Assembly: GCA_010405405.1 (NCBI GenBank)
Contig: MU004247.1
Coordinates: forward strand, 62,001-126,000
Direction of reading: 5' to 3'
DNA length: 64,000 nucleotides
Source of the DNA: Microthyrium microscopicum
Taxonomy: Eukaryota
Part shown: one piece after another, positions 13,097-26,383 of the stretch
Numbering within the stretch: position 1 is the stretch's first letter
Layout: each line of letters starts with the position of its first letter
Position numbers and translations under genes: made by a program
The notes under the pieces: model-generated
The model's input: the letters and a program-made list of their open reading frames with translations, nothing else
Told to the model about the DNA's origin: nothing
The model's database searches: none

Positions 13097-13639
13097 CTTG
13101 ATGTTGTGTAAAAGAGTGTAAAGGTTGAGGAATACTCCCATAAATCACTGGGGGTCAGCAGCATATAAAAAGAATATTCTTTGGTCCGGGCATACTCTTA
13201 CAAGCTAACGTGTACGTAATTAGCTCGGGATTTATATTCTGCACGCGTGTACTAAAGTGCGTGTTCCTTAAAGTATGCTGAGTACACGTGGTGGACTGTG
13301 ATATAGGTGTTATATGCAAAACTAGGAAGTGAGTATGAATTCCGAGGAACCGCTGATTTAGATTCAACCAATTATGCCAAGCGAACGTTCTATATTTCCT
13401 AACTAGTTGTCAACCTAGTGTTCCCCAAACAATGGACAAGGTTGACGCAAAGAACGATATTTATATTATAGTTGGTGCAGTCTCATGTATGGACTTTGCC
13501 TTCAGGAACGAGGAACAGAGTTGGCGAAACGTAATTCGTCTTCTCCACATTTCTGGGAATCCCTGGTCACGTTCTCAAAATAGACTACGACCTTATATAT
13601 TCCTTAAGAGTAGGTAGTTCACTATCGATCGCTTTAAGG

Positions 13640-14045
13640 ATAATAGTAAAGGTGTAGATCTAGCGTTAATGCTTCTACGAGCTACTCTTTATTATTAATC
13701 TACGTACGCTCTAAATAAAAACTAGGTAATATTAATTATAATAAAGTTACTAATATAATACTAGAATAAAAGTCTAAGTAGCTTAGCTTATATATTTTCT
13801 AAATAGTTTTAAAGTAATTATAAATAAAAATAATAAACTAAAAATATACTTTAAAATAAATCTAAGTACTAATAAACTACTTAGATTTTTATTTTAAAAC
13901 TCTATATCTTTTATATATTAAGTCGTTTTTAATAATAGTAGTATTCTTCTTATTATTTTATATAGACTTAAGAAGAGAACTAGTTTATCTCGTCTTAATC
14001 TATACGCTACTATATACAAAACATACTAGTATATACTTATCTAAT
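13640..14045. repeat. AT-rich RIP-like repeat relic
   Basis: About 400 bp strongly TpA-rich patch with no ORF. Confidence 0.65.
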
Positions 14046-15124
14046 GGTCTCTTTGGTATACTTTGCTTCCTTAGTGAGTTGATAATAGAGGGGTATAAGG
14101 GAGCATCTTCCTCCACAATCCGCAAGCATCTGGCCGCTTACTAACTGCTTGACGCTCACAGCGCCGCCAAATCTTCACCATCTCCAACTTAGCAATCGGT
14201 TCTTCAGGATTTTGCTGACCGGTCACAACTATCCCATTTGGGTCGTACCGTACCACCAAATTTGACCCCACCTGGCCACTCTCCAATTGAACAACGCCCC
14301 CTTGAACTCCCCCACCCCCGGTGGCTTGTCGATCGCTGAAATAGGCTCGTCGATGCCAACTCTCCGAGCTCATTGCCGTTCCTTCTGACCCCTCAATGGA
14401 CTTTGGAGGACTCGTACGGAGCATGAAAGAGCAAGGCAAACAGAGTCATCATGGCTATTAAGGTTGTGGATGAGGTTGTGCCATCATCGTCAATGAGATA
14501 CACACGTAAACCCGACTAGTTGGGAGTACAAAGGTTACCCAGCAGCCAGGTGCAGAAGCTGTGTTGTCAACCTTGCACTCAAATAGGTATCGCTCCGATC
14601 CGGTCCGATATATTCAACACTCTCCCCCTTTGGTTCCTTATTGGTAGCTTCGAAACTAGTACCGGTATCTGCTCCAGACCCAACTTCAATGCGAACCAGC
14701 GCAAGACAACAATCAGGATACGTGACTTTATCTATTGTGACTCCTCTCACCGTAATTTGATATTGGCCAGTGGTCGGTAGAATACGATGCTTGACATCGT
14801 CTCGGACTGCCAATTGCATCTGAGTCACAGCCACTTGGCCCTCTCCATCTTCAGTGGTGCCTTGCTTTTCGCGTCTTGCAGCTTTTCCTTGCAGCACTTG
14901 AGAGAACCATCTCATAGATTGCCACGTCGCCAGCCTGTAGTTTGCCTGCACTAGGCAACGGTGCGCGCAGAATGAGACGATGCATTGTCAGTTCTCCTCC
15001 GAGTCGTCCCGCACCGAGTTGTCGACTCCCATGATGTGTTCAAGTCGCTGCAAAGAGCTTCAGATTGAGAAAACAAATGATACTATATTCAAGAGGCGTA
15101 TTATATGCTTCATCTCATCAGCCA

Positions 15125-17274
15125 TCAAACTAAGGTTACCTCAACCAAATCGAACCTTGCAAAAAATCCAGGCCAGAAGTTGCGACTGACTCCTACTCGT
15201 CGGTATATCATATCACCACACTGCTCTAGCAAGAGCATGGAAGAGGAGCTCAATTGTAGACAATTTACCTCCAATGAGCCACTGAATGCCCTTTCAATGT
15301 CTTGGACAAAGTCGAGATGGCCATATACTTCGTCTTTGCGATTACCTGTAACCACCATCCGCCCATCGGAGGTATGTATGGCATGAACTGAATCGTCAAC
15401 CGAGAAATCATCGCTCAAGACTTCCGTGCCTTGCTTGTTGATAACGAAGACTTCTTTCCAGGGCTTCAAGGTAGAAGTATCGGACCAGAAGGGTCGAAGT
15501 CGTCCCTTGACTTTTATACTTTTGATCAAAGATCCTTGATGAACAGCCTCATCAGCATGCCACTTTGGGTTCTGTACAGGCAATGAGTCGAGCTTGAGCT
15601 CTAAATCGTTTGTACTTGGTTCATAAATGCTGCTGAACCTCTTAGGATGCGTCCAAATCATTGTCTTCATCGGCAAAGCCGCCCACGACCACGAAGGAAT
15701 ACTTTTCAAAACGTCATCACAGCCATCTCTATCCGCCAGACTCACCACCCGCCAGCCCAAATGTTCCGGGAGACCACTACGCCACAGCCCAGCAACATAC
15801 TGATCGAGACCCTGAAAACTGTCATGATATCGCGCCGCAATCCCACTAATCGCCGCAAACCGATCAACCGACCTGCCAATATCGCGTTTAGCATAAGACT
15901 CCACACTCCTCAACCACTCAGTTCTCACCACTTCAGCCCTATCCTTTCGACAAGCCAACAAAAAGTTTTCCTCCAACGACATCACCAAATTAATCTCCGC
16001 CACCCGTGGGGTTGGTCTAAACTTCGGTTCCTTCACGCCCTCAATCCACTGCGCCTGCGCACAGCTCCAGTACATACCCTGCGCAAACCAGTATATGCGT
16101 TTTGGGCTTAAAAGCTCCTCCTGTAGCGTCCACGCCCGACCAGCGAGGGGAGAATGCTCGCGCGCATCGTCGAGAGTGGTGTCGATGCTGATGATTTCGT
16201 AGCCGTTGAGTGAGCAGGAGGATTCCATGTAGCGCCAGGCGTTGCGGGGGCGAAGAAAACCTTCTGTTGCTTTGGTGGTGGAGGAGAGGGAGAGGGTGAA
16301 GAGGGCGTTGCCGTAGTAGGTGTGCATGAGGCCGAGTTCGTGTGTTTTGTCTGGGTTGGGAGACTCGTCTCGGAGGATACATACTGCGTCGATCTGAGGG
16401 CTGTTAGGCTCGTGTGGGAAGAGGAGAGCATTGATACTTGATGGACTGAAGGGGAGAGGTGAGACTTACCCATATGTATTCTATTCCCACGTCCCGAGTG
16501 AACTTTATAGCATCGACAATCGTCTTTGGAAATTCCGAGATCGAAAACGGACTAAGTCTTCTCTCCTCACTCGCACTCCACGTATTTCCCCTATCCACTA
16601 ACGTTCTCTCCTCATCATTCAAATCACCCCAGCAATAACTCAACGCCACATATCTGACGTTCAGCGAATCCGCCAACTTCACAATCTGGACTCTCTCACC
16701 ATCGAGTATCCTAATCAGCCTCGTCGGATTCACGCCAGACCAGTGAAGGCGCCGACACTCATCATGTTCCTCCAAACAAGCATCCAGCCATGCCTTCGCT
16801 TGCCGTGCAACGGATGGATCATTCGCATCAATATGCACCATCTGTAGATACTGTAACTGCTTCGCTTTGGAGCAGGCTATATATGCCGGTCTGATGTGTT
16901 CAGGAGCGCCCTGGACACTGAGTTGTAATATCAAGTCACCTCCCTCCCCTATTTTCCCCCTCGAGGATACCAAGCAGCCAACAACGGCACATCCCCCATT
17001 TTCACTTCCCTCCAACGCTTCCTCATCCGCCCAAGAGCCTTGCGCTTTAACAAGCGCACGCTCAAAAGCTCGACAGGAGCGACACTGGTCTGCACAGTCC
17101 CTCAGCTGCTTGAAGTTGTCATGGAAGATGGCTGGTTGGCGCTGAGATATGGGGACTCTGTTTCTGTGGTCCCGAAAGGGGCGGTCAAGGCCGTATTTGC
17201 AGCCGTGGCAGATCCCGAGGTTACTGGAAAGGTCTCGTTCGATTTTGGAGAATTGGTTGGTTGTTGATGGTGGT

Positions 17275-17309
<35 letters not shown>

Positions 17310-17396
17310 GATTTTGGGTGGGTTTGGTGCGTCAGCCTGATGAGTAATTTCCGCGGCTTTGCTGGCTTTCTTTTTACGGGACGGTAGGAATGGCAT
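15125..17396 (-). CDS. HET-domain (heterokaryon incompatibility, PF06985-type) protein
   Basis: PTRLIRI, YVALSYCWG, PKTIVDAI, YIW|IDAVCI (intron 16394-16469), RAWTLQEELLS, DRFAAISGIA, YVAGLW, PSWSWA. Confidence 0.92.
17277..17309 (-). repeat. (AAC)11 microsatellite encoding poly-Asn in the HET gene
   Basis: Directly visible (gtt)n run on the + strand. Confidence 0.95.
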
Positions 17397-17945
17397 TGTG
17401 GTTTGAACAGTGGTCAGAGGGTGTGTAAGGCTGAAGAATCTCGAAGTCTCCACTACATCTTATCTGTATTATATGAAAATGAGAACAACTCTATCTCGAA
17501 CTCATAAGGTCCGTCGTCACACCATAAAAGTTGGCAAACGTCTCAGCCGCGACGCCCTACCAAGAGTCGTAATTTCTATGGCAGGCCGTCAAAAGGTTCC
17601 AATCATATCGTGGAGTTGCCTCAAAACTTTTATGATTGGATTTAGAGGTCGAACCGCCCTCAACTCTGCAAGTTTATACTCTTGGCTGTAGTCTTGGCCT
17701 GCTGCAAATGTCCTAATAGATCAAAGAGGCATCCAATGGATAGACTGAATGCGCATCCAATACGAAAACCTGCTTAGGATGCTGCAGTGAACAGAGGAAA
17801 CAGAGCCTCATGTGGATGGTCGCGTGTGCACATATTGTGGTTGTGTGATCATTGCATTTTATCTGAGAGTTAGATCCTAACGTTTTACGCATGAATAGAT
17901 TTGACGTCCGTGTTACACTCCATAAATCATTATTCAAAGAGCAAG

Positions 17946-18719
17946 ATGATCTTTGAGTACAACAAAATGGGGTTCCGTCAAGCCTGGCTCGATCGCGGTC
18001 GAGATGCTTCCTGGACACTAACATACGCTTTCAATCTCTTGATGGGTATCGGACTATTAATTGCCAGCGAGATCACAAACAAGTACGGCCGTGAGATATT
18101 CGGCGCTTCAGCAACCAACAACGCAGCCGGATCAGGCAATGATAGTGGATTTGAAGAGAACGCTGCGGCGATCAACCTCGTGGAACGAGATCATGCGCTT
18201 GCTCGTAGTGGAGTTGTCTCCTCCAATCGGTATTGCTGTGGTGTGAATCAAGTTCCTTACAATTTAGAGAATACCATTCTAAAAGTCCCAGGGCGCTGTC
18301 TCCATCATACTCACGATAACTTCCTTCGCCGCCTACAAATATCTCGATCACAAACGGCATCGCAAGGACACGAGGAAGGATTACGATCAGCGATCTGTTG
18401 TCGTTCTGGTTTTTTGTGTATTCAATGTTATCCTTTCTGGCGCATGTGTTGGTCTCATTGTTGGATTTGTTATAACGAGCCGAGCTGTGAAGCTGTATAC
18501 TACTGTGGAGTCATCTGCAACGCCGGGATACTTGATTGCGGCAGCTGTGATGGCGAGGTTGAATGCGTGAGTTTATCCAGACTGGAGAGAGTCTATTACT
18601 GACTTGATAGGGCAACGTTGTTCAGTACTGTGTTTCATGACTTCAAGAAGTTACGCTGGGAGCGAAGAATTGTCAAGCGAGATGATGAGGAGAGGGTAGT
18701 TCCTGAGCAAGAGAAATAA
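17946..18719 (+). CDS. Small multi-pass membrane protein of unknown function (multi-exon)
   Basis: Hydrophobic segments in different frames, separated by intron-like sequence: WTLTYAFNLLMGIGLLIA; PIGIAV|GAVSIILTITSFAAY; VVVLVFCVFNVILSGACVGLIVGFVI; YLIAAAVMARLNA|ATLF; stop TAA 18717-18719. 5' exon junctions uncertain. Confidence 0.55.
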
Positions 18720-18987
18720 TCTATCATATTCAATGGGCTGAGCTGTCAGTATGATGGAGTATTTTTACATAACAGTATGGGCGAGAAAGAGAATCAACGT
18801 TGAGTCTGAGACTGCTTTCGGTATATGGTAATCGTGGATATCAAAAAGAAAAGGGGTATTGTTTGAATTCACTAAACTTGAGACCGGACTATTCTACAGC
18901 TCTCCGAAGCTTCGCTCAGCACACGATGCAGCTTTTGTGTATGATTCGATGAAATGGAACTGTTTCTACAGTTCCCTTGACTCTTCA

Positions 18988-21128
18988 TCATACCTCCAGA
19001 CGCAATGCGTCATATTGCACATACACGGATCCAGGTAACCTCGCCAAATTTCTATAAGTAATTCCATGTGGTAGGCTTAGAGTCAAAACATTATCTCCAT
19101 CTTTCAGTAAGGATGAATCAAAGACAAACTTATGCCCAGTGTTGTAACATGTAATGCCTGATCGAACAGCACAAGAGGAGGAATGGGTATAGCTGGTCAT
19201 ATATTAGTCTGACATGTAGTCTGGTCCGAGTTGAAGACTCACGGTATGACCCAGTCGCCAATAGACTTTCCGTTCACCGTCGCTTTAATTGGGAGGTTGG
19301 CATGCGCAAGACCGGCAACCTTGGCTATATGCTCATTGCCAGCACCTGTTCTGACACCAGCGGCTTGAACTGTCAAGGTTGCTTCTGAAGTATTCTTTGG
19401 AAGGTCTGCGGTCTTCATGGGCCAAACAACTTTCCATGTACTTGATTTGGGATTACTCCATTGAGCATAGTTCCAGTCTTTCTCTGGTGTCGATTTTCCG
19501 ATATAATATTCAACGCCATTGGGAAAGTCCTTTCCAAAATCGTATGCCCCGTAGAAGATACGGTATTCTTGTAGTCCCATGCGATGTTCTTTATCAACCG
19601 CATATCCGTGTCTGAATTCACCAGCCGAGTGATCTGGAGTCCCGATTCGCCAGATTTCTTTGCCGTGGTTCTCCTCGACCCAATTGACGTCGAAGATTGG
19701 GCTATTGCGGTTCACGACTACATTGTCTGTAGCCCACTGGCCGAAAACTCCATCAGCGTAAATGGTCACGCGGTACTTTCCAGGAACAACGTCTTCAATG
19801 ATCGCTGTCCCGTTATCAGGAATGCGGGTCCAGTATTGCTGAGTGTTTGGTGCGCCAGCATTATCCTGAACGTCCATTCCTGAGGCGGACAGGATTACAT
19901 AGGCTTTTTTAGCTCCAGGTGGGAGAGTTATTTGAGCTTCAAAGTCTTCTCGCTCCGCTGGTGGGATATAACTTGGTACATGTCTTGCCATTTCGTTCAG
20001 GAATTCCATTGGAGGTCGATAGTTTCTTGCTTCTTCGTAGGGTACTGTGAACGGTGTGCCAGGTGGGTGGTGAGTGAATAGATAGTAGTTCTATAGAATA
20101 GTGAGCAAAGTAGCTTGACATGCGCGAGAACGCTATACATACTGGACCAAATGTCCGATCAAAGCCTTCATGAAGAGCCGGCACATTCGCGCCATAATGA
20201 TTAGAAACTGCAGGATGTTAGTATGTTCATGAACCCAAGTAGGAGTCATATACTGACTGAAGTAGTCGTATACAATTCCGTCTACAGTCAACTCCGAATG
20301 CAAAGGGCCGCCATAGTAGTTTTCTCGATTCCACATAGTCAACCATGCACCCCAAGTACCATTGCCCATCTTACTCCCGTCTCCAAATAGGCCGTGAGCT
20401 TCATGGTCCCTCCAAGTGTCAGCGAAACTATACTTGGTAAAGTATTTATGAGTTTCTCTGACATAAGGATCATCTGGAAACGGTGATAAATCCAAAGTTG
20501 CATCTTGCACATATTTGGCTGCATTAATATTCTTTTTTAATGGCGCTGGTGCAACAGTTGTGGGATTCGTCACGAAATGTGTCCATAGGTCGGTGTTTGG
20601 TCGGAATAACGTCCTGAGCTCCTGTAAAACAGGTCGAGTTGGTCCTTTTATACCTTCCGCTTTGGTATACGCCAGTCGGCTGAATGTATGAAGACCCGTC
20701 TCATTTTCTCGGAGAAAGGTATAGAACTGCATGACCTGACCACTGCGATGATGTCGATCAGTGAATGAAAAGCCTCCAAATTCAACTCCAAGAGAGTCTT
20801 TGCCTTGGTGAGCTTTGTAGTCCGCATTGGCTCCCGGAGTATAGAATCCTCGATCTTCAAGAACACAATTGCAGTCAAGATATGGGCCGACTCCAGATAT
20901 TCCGTTTCCAGTAGGACCACCAGGGATGGGATCTTCCCATATTTCTCTCCCTATTAGATCTTGCTTGTCAAGTTTAAGTCGTTCCATCTCCCCATTCCGC
21001 ATGTTGACAGTAAAGTCAAGCCTGCCATTGCGAACTCTGATTTTGCTCCGATGTACCTCAACCACAACTTCGGCACATGTCATCAGTATCGCTCCAAGCC
21101 ATATGACCAGTAGTTGAAAGAGTCGCAT
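18988..21128 (-). CDS. Secreted rhamnogalacturonan lyase (polysaccharide lyase family 4)
   Basis: Signal peptide; GVGPYLDC, GLHTFSRLAY, ELRTLFRP, VQDAT, YFTKY, GGPLHSELTVDGIVY, IWRIGTPDHSAGEF, C-terminal VQYDALRLEV; several introns. Confidence 0.92.
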
Positions 21129-22029
21129 ATTATAGTATATGAAAGGTGTTCATTTCGTGAACCAGCTTTTACGCAACAGCCAGCTCACTCGCACAGATTT
21201 GATGATGTTGTACTGTTAAGTTTTGCTGTCGCCATAAAAGGCTGTGCTGCGACGCTGAGGTTGTTGAACAAAAATATACACGATCTCTAAATTGCCATCT
21301 CACAATTACGAGTTATTAAGTGGCACGGACGATGCTTCTCGCCGCGTGGTCGGATGTAAACGAAAGTCAATTTAAACTACTGGGTCAGGAACGATTTACT
21401 TAGGACATGACTTTCTTTAGAACAAGGCTACTACCGACAGTTCCCAGCAGAGCCCTGGACGACATATTGGAATCGACGCGCTCTGGTGAGCTAAATATAT
21501 TCTGTAAGATCTCACCATTGGCTTGCTGCCCTATGATTCTGATCTTAGCATCATGTGCTCGTGAGTCGTACGACGCAAAAGCGGCGATTATCATGGAGTA
21601 GAGTATTCGATGTTAATCACGACTGATCTGCAAACCGCTGAGGATTTTATATCCTGGCGTTCAACCAATCCTGTTTTCCAACGCCTCACGCCTGTATTCT
21701 ATAGTGCAAAGTTAGTAAAGACTCCGGATAGACTCAGGTTCAAGATAACATCAACGGGAAACACAAAGGTTTGTGTCTTTCAGTTGTTCAAGATGAGTGG
21801 AATCAGAGGTTGATCACAATATTCGTTCCTACCTGCAAGGGGATCAACCTTGAGGCAAAATCATCTGTTGTACACTCGCAAAAGCCACTACTGATCGGTT
21901 TACTGCATGCTCCATTCTCAGGTAGTTACACGGCGTAAGGCCGGCAACACCAATGTGGGCATACAAGAATGATTGATGCGCGCGAAAAGCTTGACAGAAT
22001 CAAAAGTCTTGCTCTTCAAATCAATCAAG

Positions 22030-22515
22030 ATGAAGTCTCTCGCGATCATCATACTCACAATACGCTACACCGCCGCCATTCCACAAGCCGTATCAACGGC
22101 CATCCAGATGAGATATGCACCGCGCACTGCAGAGTCCCCACCCGCAACAACCTCACCTCCCGAGTCTCATAGATGTGGTGGCTTCATGTTTCCAACGCTC
22201 AGCTGCCCGTCATCGGAATCATGCTATCGACCATCAACAATTATACCCGAACTCCCCGCATTTTGTATCGGTCAATACTGTGGAGGCTTCACTACTGATC
22301 ATCGCTCGTGTCCGCAAGATCAGGTATGCGCCGAGGAAGGTGCTGCCAATGTTGACCTTCCTGGAAGATGTGTCTTGGAGTCAATGAAATGCGGCAAAGG
22401 TATCGGCTCTTGTCCACAGGATTGGAAGTGCGTCAGAGATCCACACGCGACTTGCGAGTTTGGAAGCGATGGCTGCGAGAGTGTCTGCTACCCAAGTGAC
22501 TTCCAAGTGGCCTGA
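22030..22515 (+). CDS. Small secreted Cys-rich protein (14 Cys, three internal CG(G)..CP..C modules)
   Basis: MKSLAIIILTIRYTAA signal-like; modules CGGFMFPTLSCPSSESC, CGGFTTDHRSCPQDQVC, CGKGIGSCPQDWKC. Confidence 0.75.
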   Translation: MKSLAIIILTIRYTAAIPQAVSTAIQMRYAPRTAESPPATTSPPESHRCGGFMFPTLSCPSSESCYRPSTIIPELPAFCIGQYCGGFTTDHRSCPQDQVCAEEGAANVDLPGRCVLESMKCGKGIGSCPQDWKCVRDPHATCEFGSDGCESVCYPSDFQVA

Positions 22516-23032
22516 GAAGCGTATGGAGGGCAAGTCGCGCCTATGGAATCCGAAACGCTGAAGAAATAATGCGGTGTTCGACCTGCAATACCGTACAAAC
22601 TTGATAGCAAATCGAACTGGCCAGGACATGTATTCAGAGTGATGGAGTTGAGAGGATTCGATGATATAGAACTAAATTTCGAAGCAATCATATGACGTTA
22701 ACCTTAAACCACGATCTGGGAGGCGATGCTCTGTTCCTGTTGATCCACCTAAATTAAATGTATATCTGATAGGTCTGGCCAGACGCCCTGAAAATAGCCC
22801 CCGTCAATGCCATGGCCTTAGATGCCCTCTCAGCAAATAGAGACAGCTCTGTGAAGAACGGGGTACTATAGCCAAGTATAGCAAATGAAAATTAAATCGG
22901 TGTTTCTGTCATTAATTTACCAGCAGTGTGTAGGATTTTAGCCAAGCGGTGATCAATGCCATCATGATAGATACACTCCTGTCCTCAACGTCACTGGTTA
23001 AATGTAGTCTGAACCAAATCACGATACTCATA

Positions 23033-24835
23033 ATGATGTTTATTTCTGCGATTTCATTTCTAGCTTTGCAAATATGGTCGATTGTGGCAAGTTCAGCCGG
23101 AATCGAGTGGAATGGCGATTCGAAGCTTATACCACCAAATCCAGCGGATGATCCATTTTATAAAGCGCCACCGGGAATAGCATCTATCAAGCCAGGAACT
23201 ATTCTGCGACATCGACAAGTGCCTACCAAAATCACGCTAAACAACAAGGATGGGCTCAAACTGAAAGGAGCATGGCAGATACTGTACAGAACACAAAATA
23301 GCGTGGGAGAGCCAAGTGCTACCGTCACTACCGTTCTTGTGCCATACCAGGCCAAAGATGAAAATTTATTTGTGCTCAACATGTTTTCTGTAAGAGCATA
23401 ACCAAAAAAAGTGTTGAATATAAATACTAATGTGATTCGACTAGGACGCAGCTTACAACGGGTACGAATTTTGGCACACAGTATCATAACATTGCCTAAC
23501 TTTATGCAGATGTAGTCCGTCTATAAATCTACAGGTCGGCGCGAGAAATGACAGTGTTTTCACTCAAGCTCAAACCATGATCGCTTATTCTGCGCTCACT
23601 GAGGGCTGGTACGTCAGCATTGCAGATGACGAAGGATTCAATGCAGCTTTCAGTACGAACATCAGTCAATCGTTTTGGCAGAACATGTACTGACGTACTT
23701 ACGCAGGCTCAGGTCCTCAACAGGCTTATGCAACGTTGGATAGCGTTCGAGCTGTGCTGCAATCAGAAGATATTACAGGAATTGACCCGGAACCAAGAAT
23801 AACCATGTATGGATATTCCGGCGGAGGTTTCGTAGGCTCTTGGGTAAGAAACTTATCTCTGAATGTCATCCTCGGGCATCAGATAACTAATGAACTGAAC
23901 AGGTAGCGGAGATCCAACCAGATTATGCCCCAGAGCTGAAAATCGATGGCATTGCAATCGGAGGCTTGGTTCCTAATATGACAGCGGGTCTTGGTAAGAA
24001 AAGTATTCTTTACGTGACCTGTTATCTGTCTAAACTCTTTTCCAGCACTCTATAACAAGAATGACCGATCAAGTTTCATACCGGCAACGCTAATTGGACT
24101 CTCAAAAGACTACAAAAACCTGTCGATGTGGCTAGACGAGAATCTCATACCAGAGAAAGCAGCAGAGCTACGCAAAGTCGAATCTCAGTGCTTTGATTCA
24201 AACTACAATATGTTTCATTCTCAGGATATAGGAAAGTATCTTAAACGTGGGTGGGATTCTATTTTTGATCCAGTACCTCGCAGTGTTTTTGAAGTCACGG
24301 GCACTTCTGGACAACGAGCAACCCCAAAGATACCACTTTATGTTTCTGAGGTAAGTTCCCCTATTGTTTGAAAACACGATACAACAGCCCCTGACTCTGA
24401 ATTATAGACTGTGCAGGATGATGTATCTCCAATTGCATTTACGGATGCTCTACTGAAAAAGTGGTGCGATGAGGGGGCAACGATTCTAGTCAGTGTGATC
24501 CAAGTATGAAAAGCGAATCGATATTGACGAACATAGTATGAACGTAATGATCTGTTCAACATGTCGCATAGCCAAGAGAGCATGTACAGTAGGTTCTGAG
24601 ACATTTGCATAGTGTCGGGTCATGAAATGGCTAACATCGTATCATCAAAACAGGCCTAGGTGGTGCCTTCACCTGGATGCAAGATCGTCAAGCTGGGAAA
24701 CCAGCAAGTCCAGGCTGCAGAACAACGTCTTTAACGAGCGAGTCACTGAAGGGTTTTGTGACGCTGAAAATGCTTGGAAAGATACTCTCAGGTCAATTAG
24801 CCAACTACGGAATTCCAGTGTCTGGATGGAAGTGA
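23033..24835 (+). CDS. Secretory lipase (LIP / Candida antarctica lipase A-like family)
   Basis: Signal peptide; PADDPFYKAP, PGTILRHR, AWQILYRT, nucleophile elbow GYSGGG near 23811, YAPEL; multiple introns; stop TGA 24833-24835. Confidence 0.88.
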
Positions 24836-25755
24836 TGCATAGCGGTTTGAATTTGAGACATCTTGTTGTTCAGTGCCTATATGAAGCACTATTTACACCT
24901 TAATACTCTTATGAATCTCGAATTAATGAAAGAATCTGATCAGCCCAATGCCTTTGACCTTTGAGATATGAACTTTGGGATGAACGAAATAATGATTATT
25001 GATTGACTGCAATGGGGGCAATGACTTGCCTTTGATAGTCAGCAACCTTGGATCTTCATTTCAATCAATGCTGCATTTTGATTCTTTAATCCATTCTTGC
25101 ACCAATTAGATATCAATACATGGATACATTTACGCGCATGAAAGCAAGAAATGCTGGTTACCGCAAGGATTCTTTTGAACTGACTCGGGTCTTATCGCCA
25201 TGAACCTTGAAACCGCAACCATCGTTCTTCTTCCATGCTTGTGCTCGAGTTATTTTGGGTTCTATTGATTCGGGGCCCCAAAACTCAATTTTAGAGATGG
25301 GATGATTGAGCACTGATTTCAAATGAGCCGTCATCGAGGATATCTGGGAAATCAGGGTTCAAGCCTTATCTTAAAATGATTCCTTCCTAAATCATATCGC
25401 CCATCTCATGAAGGTGCTTTGCGACTGATGTTATGAATTCATGTTGAACCGTTTTCTCCTTTATCCACAAGGCTGATCTGAAACCCCTCTCCTCGAAGTT
25501 ACTCTACCAGGTAAGGGGGTGCGCTCGACCTGAATAACGCGAATTCCCGCAATGCATAATGTACTGCTGTACACCTTCCCCATACTAGGATGACGTTGGC
25601 TGTAAAATGGTAGGTACTTGACCTGTTGAGGATTCAACCGCTTTGTCGCTCCACCACATCTAAGCTCTTTCACTTTCACCGCGCGTCACTTCCCAATCCT
25701 CACCCTCGTCTGACGTACTACTCAGCGAACATATAATCTTATCATCTTTACCCTA

Positions 25756-25838
25756 TTCACAACCTCTTCACAACCTCTTCACAACCTCTTCACAACCTCT
25801 TCACAACCTCTTCACAACCTCTTCACAACCTCTTCACA
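25756..25838 (+). repeat. Perfect 11-bp minisatellite (TTCACAACCTC) x7.5
   Basis: Directly visible; ends ~145 bp upstream of ATG 25984. Confidence 0.97.
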
Positions 25839-25983
25839 GCTTCGTCACACCTTGCTGAACCAAAACTTTGCATCATCAAACCATCGAATCAAACCTCCAT
25901 AACCCACAAACCTTCGAGTAAGTAGACGTCTGCTTGAGACCTTCATTTTGCCAGATCTGATAGCATACCAGTCCAAGACGATC

Positions 25984-26383
25984 ATGAAGCTTTCCACGAT
26001 CTTCGCCATTGCGCTCAGCATCGTCCCAGTCATGTCAGAATACATGAAGTTCTACCGCAATGCAAACGTCAACCCTGCTAATTGCGATTCACCTGTTCTC
26101 GAAATGGCCTTGCCACTCGACGGAGCTTGTACGAAGTTCCCAGTCTGGACCAATTCTCCACGCGAAGACTTCACGGATTTGCGCGCTGATTGGACTCGCA
26201 AATGCGAATGTAAGTTTCCGAGCTATGACCAAGATACTTTGGGCTAACAATCACTTAGTGGCAGTCTACACTTCAGACGATTGTTCGGGCGGTATCGCAG
26301 TGGCATTCGTTCCTGGAGTCTGCGCATCCATTGCACCTGGCAAGTGGAACTCGATGAACCAGATTTGTGAACAGAACCACTAG
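25984..26383 (+). CDS. Small secreted 6-Cys protein (effector candidate), paralog A
   Basis: MKLSTIFAIALSIVPVMS signal; intron 26210-26258; ...RKCE|LAVYTSDDCSGGIAVAFVPGVCASIAPGKWNSMNQICEQNH*. Confidence 0.85.

Noticed and set aside
25340..25375. GGTTCAAG T-loop-like motif suggesting a tRNA
   Set aside because: No cloverleaf stems or A-box could be formed.
25756..25838. CRISPR-like or telomeric array
   Set aside because: No spacers, eukaryotic context, and the unit is not TTAGGG; it is a simple minisatellite.
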